Positions 45,620 to 48,837 of a stretch of DNA of 48,837 nucleotides are shown here, piece by piece (position 1 is the stretch's first letter; each line of letters opens with the position of its first letter). A model generated the notes under the pieces. It did not search any database and had not been told where the DNA came from. It saw nothing but the letters and a program-made list of their open reading frames with translations. The stretch lies in NCBI GenBank assembly GCA_029977425.1, contig JAPOKX010000002.1, forward strand, positions 1 through 48,837, given 5' to 3'. A program made the translations under genes and the position numbers. The DNA is from Actinomycetota bacterium (GTDB taxonomy: Bacteria; Actinomycetota; Actinomycetes; S36-B12).

Positions 45620-46323
45620 CGAGGGCCCCCATCGCGGTCGCGCTCGATGCTCCGGACCTGACCACCCTGAGTGAGTGGGCCGCGGCAGTGGCCCCGCACG
45701 TGAGTACGCTCAAGGTGGGACTCGAGACCTACCTGCGCGACGGCCGGGCGGCCGTCGAAGCAGCTCGCACGGCCGCTCCGCAGGCGTCTCTCTTCCTCGA
45801 CCTGAAGCTGCACGACATTCCCGCGACCGTCTCGGGAGCGGCGCGCGCGGTAGCCGATGTGCAGCCTGACTTCCTCACGGTGCACGCATCAGGCGGTCCC
45901 GCCATGGTGTCGGCGGCAGCCGAGGCACTTCCCGGGACCCGTGTCGTCGCCGTCACGGTGCTCACGTCGCTCACGACGGACGACCTACGTCGTCTCGACC
46001 TGCTGGGACCCGGATCGTCGTCCGCGGGGGACCTCGCCGTGCGCCTCGCCGTGGCGGCGGTCGATGCGGGCGCCCGTGCGGTCGTGTGCTCACCCGAGGA
46101 AGTCGGCGCGGTGCGGTCGGCGCTTGCCGGCCGCGACGTCGTCCTCATCACCCCCGGTGTGCGTCCGGCGGGCTCCGACGCGGGCGACCAGCGCCGCGTC
46201 GCCACCCCCCGCGAGGCCCTCGATCGAGGAGCCGACCTGCTGGTCATCGGCCGGCCGATCACGGGCGCGGCCGACGTGGCCGCAGCCGCGGCGGCGATCG
46301 CCGAGGACCTCGGATATGGCTGA
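45616..46323 (+). CDS. pyrF: Orotidine-5'-phosphate decarboxylase
   Basis: [16 protein letters not shown] and LLVIGRPI motifs. GTG 45616 overlaps the pyrD stop. Confidence 0.9.
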   Translation: MTRAPIAVALDAPDLTTLSEWAAAVAPHVSTLKVGLETYLRDGRAAVEAARTAAPQASLFLDLKLHDIPATVSGAARAVADVQPDFLTVHASGGPAMVSAAAEALPGTRVVAVTVLTSLTTDDLRRLDLLGPGSSSAGDLAVRLAVAAVDAGARAVVCSPEEVGAVRSALAGRDVVLITPGVRPAGSDAGDQRRVATPREALDRGADLLVIGRPITGAADVAAAAAAIAEDLGYG

Positions 46324-47206
46324 TCGGCCCGCGCTCGACGAGGACGCGCGTGCACGTGGTCGTGAGCTGGCCCTCGAGGCTCGCCGACGTCGCGCGGAGA
46401 TCAAGCGATTCCTTGCCGATGGTGGCTCCGTCCGCGAGGTCATCGCGATGCGCGATCACGACCCGGCCGTGGCCCGGATGAAGGCACGTGACCTGGTGGA
46501 GGCATGTCCGGGCATCGGACCGACGCGGGCGGGCCGCATCCTCGCGCAGTGCCGGGTCGCGGAGTCGCGCCGCCTGCGCGGGCTGGGAGAGCACCAGGTC
46601 TCGGCACTCATCTCGGCGCTCGAGGGAGCGGGACCGGAGAGGGGTCGGCTCCTCGTCCTGTCGGGTCCGTCCGGCGTGGGCAAGTCGAGTGTGGTTGCGC
46701 AACTGCGCGCGCAGCGACCCGACCTCGTCTTCTCCGTGTCCGCCACCACGCGGGCCCCGCGCGCGGGAGAGGTCGATGGCGTCCACTACCGATTCGTGGA
46801 TCACCCGGGCTTCGAGTCGATGATCGCGCGCGGTCAGCTCCTCGAGTGGGCGGAGTTCGCAGGGCAGCTCTACGGCACGCCCGCCGAACCGGTGGAGGAG
46901 GCTCTCGCGGCCGGCAAGGACGTGCTCCTCGAGATCGAGTTGCAGGGCGCCCGCCAGGTCCGCGACAGCGCGCCGGGTGCCATTCGGGTCTTCCTGGCCC
47001 CACCGTCGTGGGAGGTCCTCGTCGAGCGCCTGCAGGGCCGGCGCACCGAGTCGGCCGAGGTCATCGAGCGGCGCCTGGCGACCGCCCGCGTGGAGCTGGC
47101 TGCCGAGGGGGAGTTCGACCACACGGTCGTCAACGCCTCAGTGGAGGAGGCCGCCGCGGCCATCCTGGGGCTCCTGGACCAGGCAGCGCCGGTCGCCGCC
47201 CCCTGA
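46316..47206 (+). CDS. mihF/gmk: Single ORF fusing an integration host factor (mIHF/sIHF-like) domain to guanylate kinase
   Basis: Residues about 1-105 resemble mIHF ([10 protein letters not shown]..., [10 protein letters not shown]). They run without a stop or any ATG/GTG/TTG codon into Gmk ([42 protein letters not shown]). Confidence 0.8.
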   Translation: MADRPALDEDARARGRELALEARRRRAEIKRFLADGGSVREVIAMRDHDPAVARMKARDLVEACPGIGPTRAGRILAQCRVAESRRLRGLGEHQVSALISALEGAGPERGRLLVLSGPSGVGKSSVVAQLRAQRPDLVFSVSATTRAPRAGEVDGVHYRFVDHPGFESMIARGQLLEWAEFAGQLYGTPAEPVEEALAAGKDVLLEIELQGARQVRDSAPGAIRVFLAPPSWEVLVERLQGRRTESAEVIERRLATARVELAAEGEFDHTVVNASVEEAAAAILGLLDQAAPVAAP

Positions 47207-47214
47207 GCGGGGGG

Positions 47215-47220
47215 TAGACT
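47215..47220 (+). promoter_or_regulatory. -10-like TAGACT upstream of rpoZ
   Basis: A TAnnnT hexamer in the 77-nt gap, 63 nt upstream of ATG 47284. Confidence 0.25.
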
Positions 47221-47283
47221 TCTGCATCAGCGCGTTCGATCGCGCCTGTCCCATCCGCATCATCCATCGGTGAGAGGTCGACC

Positions 47284-47586
47284 ATGTCAGCGTCCGCGCG
47301 CCCCGAGGGCATCATCTACCCGCCCATCGACGACCTGCTCGCCAAGTCCGACTCCAAGTACTCCCTGGTCATCTACGCCGCCAAGCGCGCGCGTCAGATC
47401 AATGCCTACTACTCCCAGCTGGGAGAGGGCCTGCTCGAGTACGTCGGACCCCTCGTCGAGACGCACGTCCAGGAGAAGCCGCTGTCGATCGCGATGCGCG
47501 AGATCGACGCGGGCTTGCTCACCTCTGAGCCCTACGACCCCGCGGCAGAGGTCGCGGTCGCGGTCGTGGAGGAGGACCTGACCTGA
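47284..47586 (+). CDS. rpoZ: DNA-directed RNA polymerase omega subunit
   Basis: [26 protein letters not shown] core motif. GAGAGG SD upstream. Confidence 0.92.
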   Translation: MSASARPEGIIYPPIDDLLAKSDSKYSLVIYAAKRARQINAYYSQLGEGLLEYVGPLVETHVQEKPLSIAMREIDAGLLTSEPYDPAAEVAVAVVEEDLT

Positions 47587-48806
47587 GCGCGCGCATCCTC
47601 CTCGGCGTCTCCGGGGGCATCGCCGCCTACAAGGCGTGCACCCTGCTGAGGATCCTGCGTGAGTCAGGGCACGACGTGCGCGTCGTCCCCACGGCCTCGG
47701 CGCTGCGCTTCGTCGGAGCCCCCACGTGGGAGGCGCTGTCGGGACACCCGGTGAGCGACTCGGTCTGGTCCGATGTTCCGGCTGTCCCGCACGTGAGCCT
47801 CGGCCGCTGGGCCGACATCGTCGTCGTCGCTCCCGCGAGCGCCAATCTCCTGGCCCGCGCCGCTGCCGGCATGTCCGATGACCTGCTCACCGCGTCACTG
47901 CTCACCACGACCGGCCCCGTCCTCATGGCCCCGGCCATGCACACCGAGATGTGGGAGCACCCCGCGACGCGAGCCAATGTCGCGACCTTGCGGAGCAGGG
48001 GAGTGCAGGTCGTCGAGCCGGCGGTGGGCCGCCTCACGGGCGCGGACTCCGGCGCCGGCCGCCTGCCCGAGCCCGAGGATCTGGCTCGACTCGTCGAGGA
48101 GGCCCTCGAGCCGCCCGCCCGTGACCTGGCAGGCAGGCATCTCGTGGTGTCCGTGGGTGGCACGCGCGAGGACCTCGACCCCGTGCGCTTCCTGGGCAAC
48201 CGCTCCAGTGGGCGGCAGGGCTTCGCGATCGTCGAGCGCGCCCTGGCTCGTGGAGCAGAGGTGACGGCGGTGGTGGGCACCGTCGAGGTGGCCGTTCCCG
48301 CGGGCGCCCGTGTCCTCGCGGCGACGACCGCGTCGGACATGCGCGAGGCGCTGCTGGCCGAGCAGGGCTCGGCGGATGCCGTCATCATGGCTGCTGCCGT
48401 CGCCGACTTCAGGCCCGATGCCACGTCGGCGACGAAGATCAAGAAGTCGGATGACCACGAGCCCGAGCCCATCCGACTCGTGCGCAATCCCGACATCCTC
48501 GTCGAGCTCGTCTCGCGCAGGCCCGAGGGCCAGGTCGTGGTCGGCTTCGCGGCCGAGACCGCCTCATCCGACGAGGAGCTCCTGGCCCTGGCGCGCGCCA
48601 AGGCCGCGCGCAAGGGCTGTGATCTGCTCGTCGTCAATGACGTCGGCGGAGGGCGGGTCTTCGGCCGGGACGACACGACCGTGCGTGTCCTCGCCGCGGG
48701 CGGCGAGGTGCTGGCCGAGGCCTCGGGAGGCAAGTCCGGCGCGGCCGATGCCGTGCTCGATGAGGTGGCCAAACTGCTGCCGCCCCTCACGCGCTCGCAC
48801 GGCTGA
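47583..48806 (+). CDS. coaBC: Bifunctional phosphopantothenoylcysteine decarboxylase / phosphopantothenate-cysteine ligase
   Basis: The flavoprotein motif [14 protein letters not shown] lies upstream of the first ATG/GTG/TTG (47676). The in-frame stop is at 47526. CTG 47583, 7 nt after GGAGG, is the proposed start. The CoaB half carries AAVADFRP and KIKK. Confidence 0.85.
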   Translation: MSARILLGVSGGIAAYKACTLLRILRESGHDVRVVPTASALRFVGAPTWEALSGHPVSDSVWSDVPAVPHVSLGRWADIVVVAPASANLLARAAAGMSDDLLTASLLTTTGPVLMAPAMHTEMWEHPATRANVATLRSRGVQVVEPAVGRLTGADSGAGRLPEPEDLARLVEEALEPPARDLAGRHLVVSVGGTREDLDPVRFLGNRSSGRQGFAIVERALARGAEVTAVVGTVEVAVPAGARVLAATTASDMREALLAEQGSADAVIMAAAVADFRPDATSATKIKKSDDHEPEPIRLVRNPDILVELVSRRPEGQVVVGFAAETASSDEELLALARAKAARKGCDLLVVNDVGGGRVFGRDDTTVRVLAAGGEVLAEASGGKSGAADAVLDEVAKLLPPLTRSHG

Positions 48807-48812
48807 ATCGGG

Positions 48813-48818
48813 TAGGGT
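48813..48818 (+). promoter_or_regulatory. -10-like TAGGGT downstream of coaBC (promoter of the next, off-window gene?)
   Basis: Fifth intergenic plus-strand TAGGGT that I noticed in the window. The downstream gene is not visible. Confidence 0.2.
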
Positions 48819-48837
48819 CGGCGCGTCAAGAGCGCCA

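Overview
High-GC (roughly 70%) actinobacterial chromosomal core segment. I found no rRNA, tRNA, CRISPR array, transposase, integrase or phage genes. Gene order: 3' end of an acyl-CoA dehydrogenase; a minus-strand molybdate operon (HTH+TOBE regulator, modA, modB, modC); DdbA-like histone/DksA protein, lspA, rluD, dnaE; a membrane ORF; minus-strand ybaK plus a LON-N-domain gene. From 11.5 kb to the window end, about 37 kb of co-directional, mostly stop/start-overlapping genes follow: hisD-C-B-(TM)-H-(TM)-priA-hisF-I, then trpE-(TM)-(HGxxPAAW)-RR-HK-(DUF2752)-trpC-B-A, then dsbA-like, lgt, gltB-D, pyk, a ZIP transporter, pyrR-B-C-(TM)-carA-B-pyrK-D-F, a mIHF-Gmk fusion, rpoZ and coaBC. Synteny matches the conserved Mycobacterium/Streptomyces his-trp and pyr regions, so this is an ordinary housekeeping region. 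I see no convincing novel defence or mobile system. The best candidate for uncharacterised biology is the block of orphan membrane proteins plus an inserted two-component system inside the trp operon. Other points worth a second look are a mIHF-guanylate kinase fusion ORF, a histone-H1-like repeat fused to a DksA zinc finger, coaBC with no canonical start codon, recurrent TAGGGT -10 boxes placed for leaderless dnaE and priA transcripts, back-to-back divergent leaderless promoters at hisD, a PyrR loop over the pyrR Shine-Dalgarno, and two tandem microduplications spanning stop codons. Many long alternative-frame and antisense ORFs in the track are high-GC artefacts. All family assignments rest on motif recognition by eye, not on searches.
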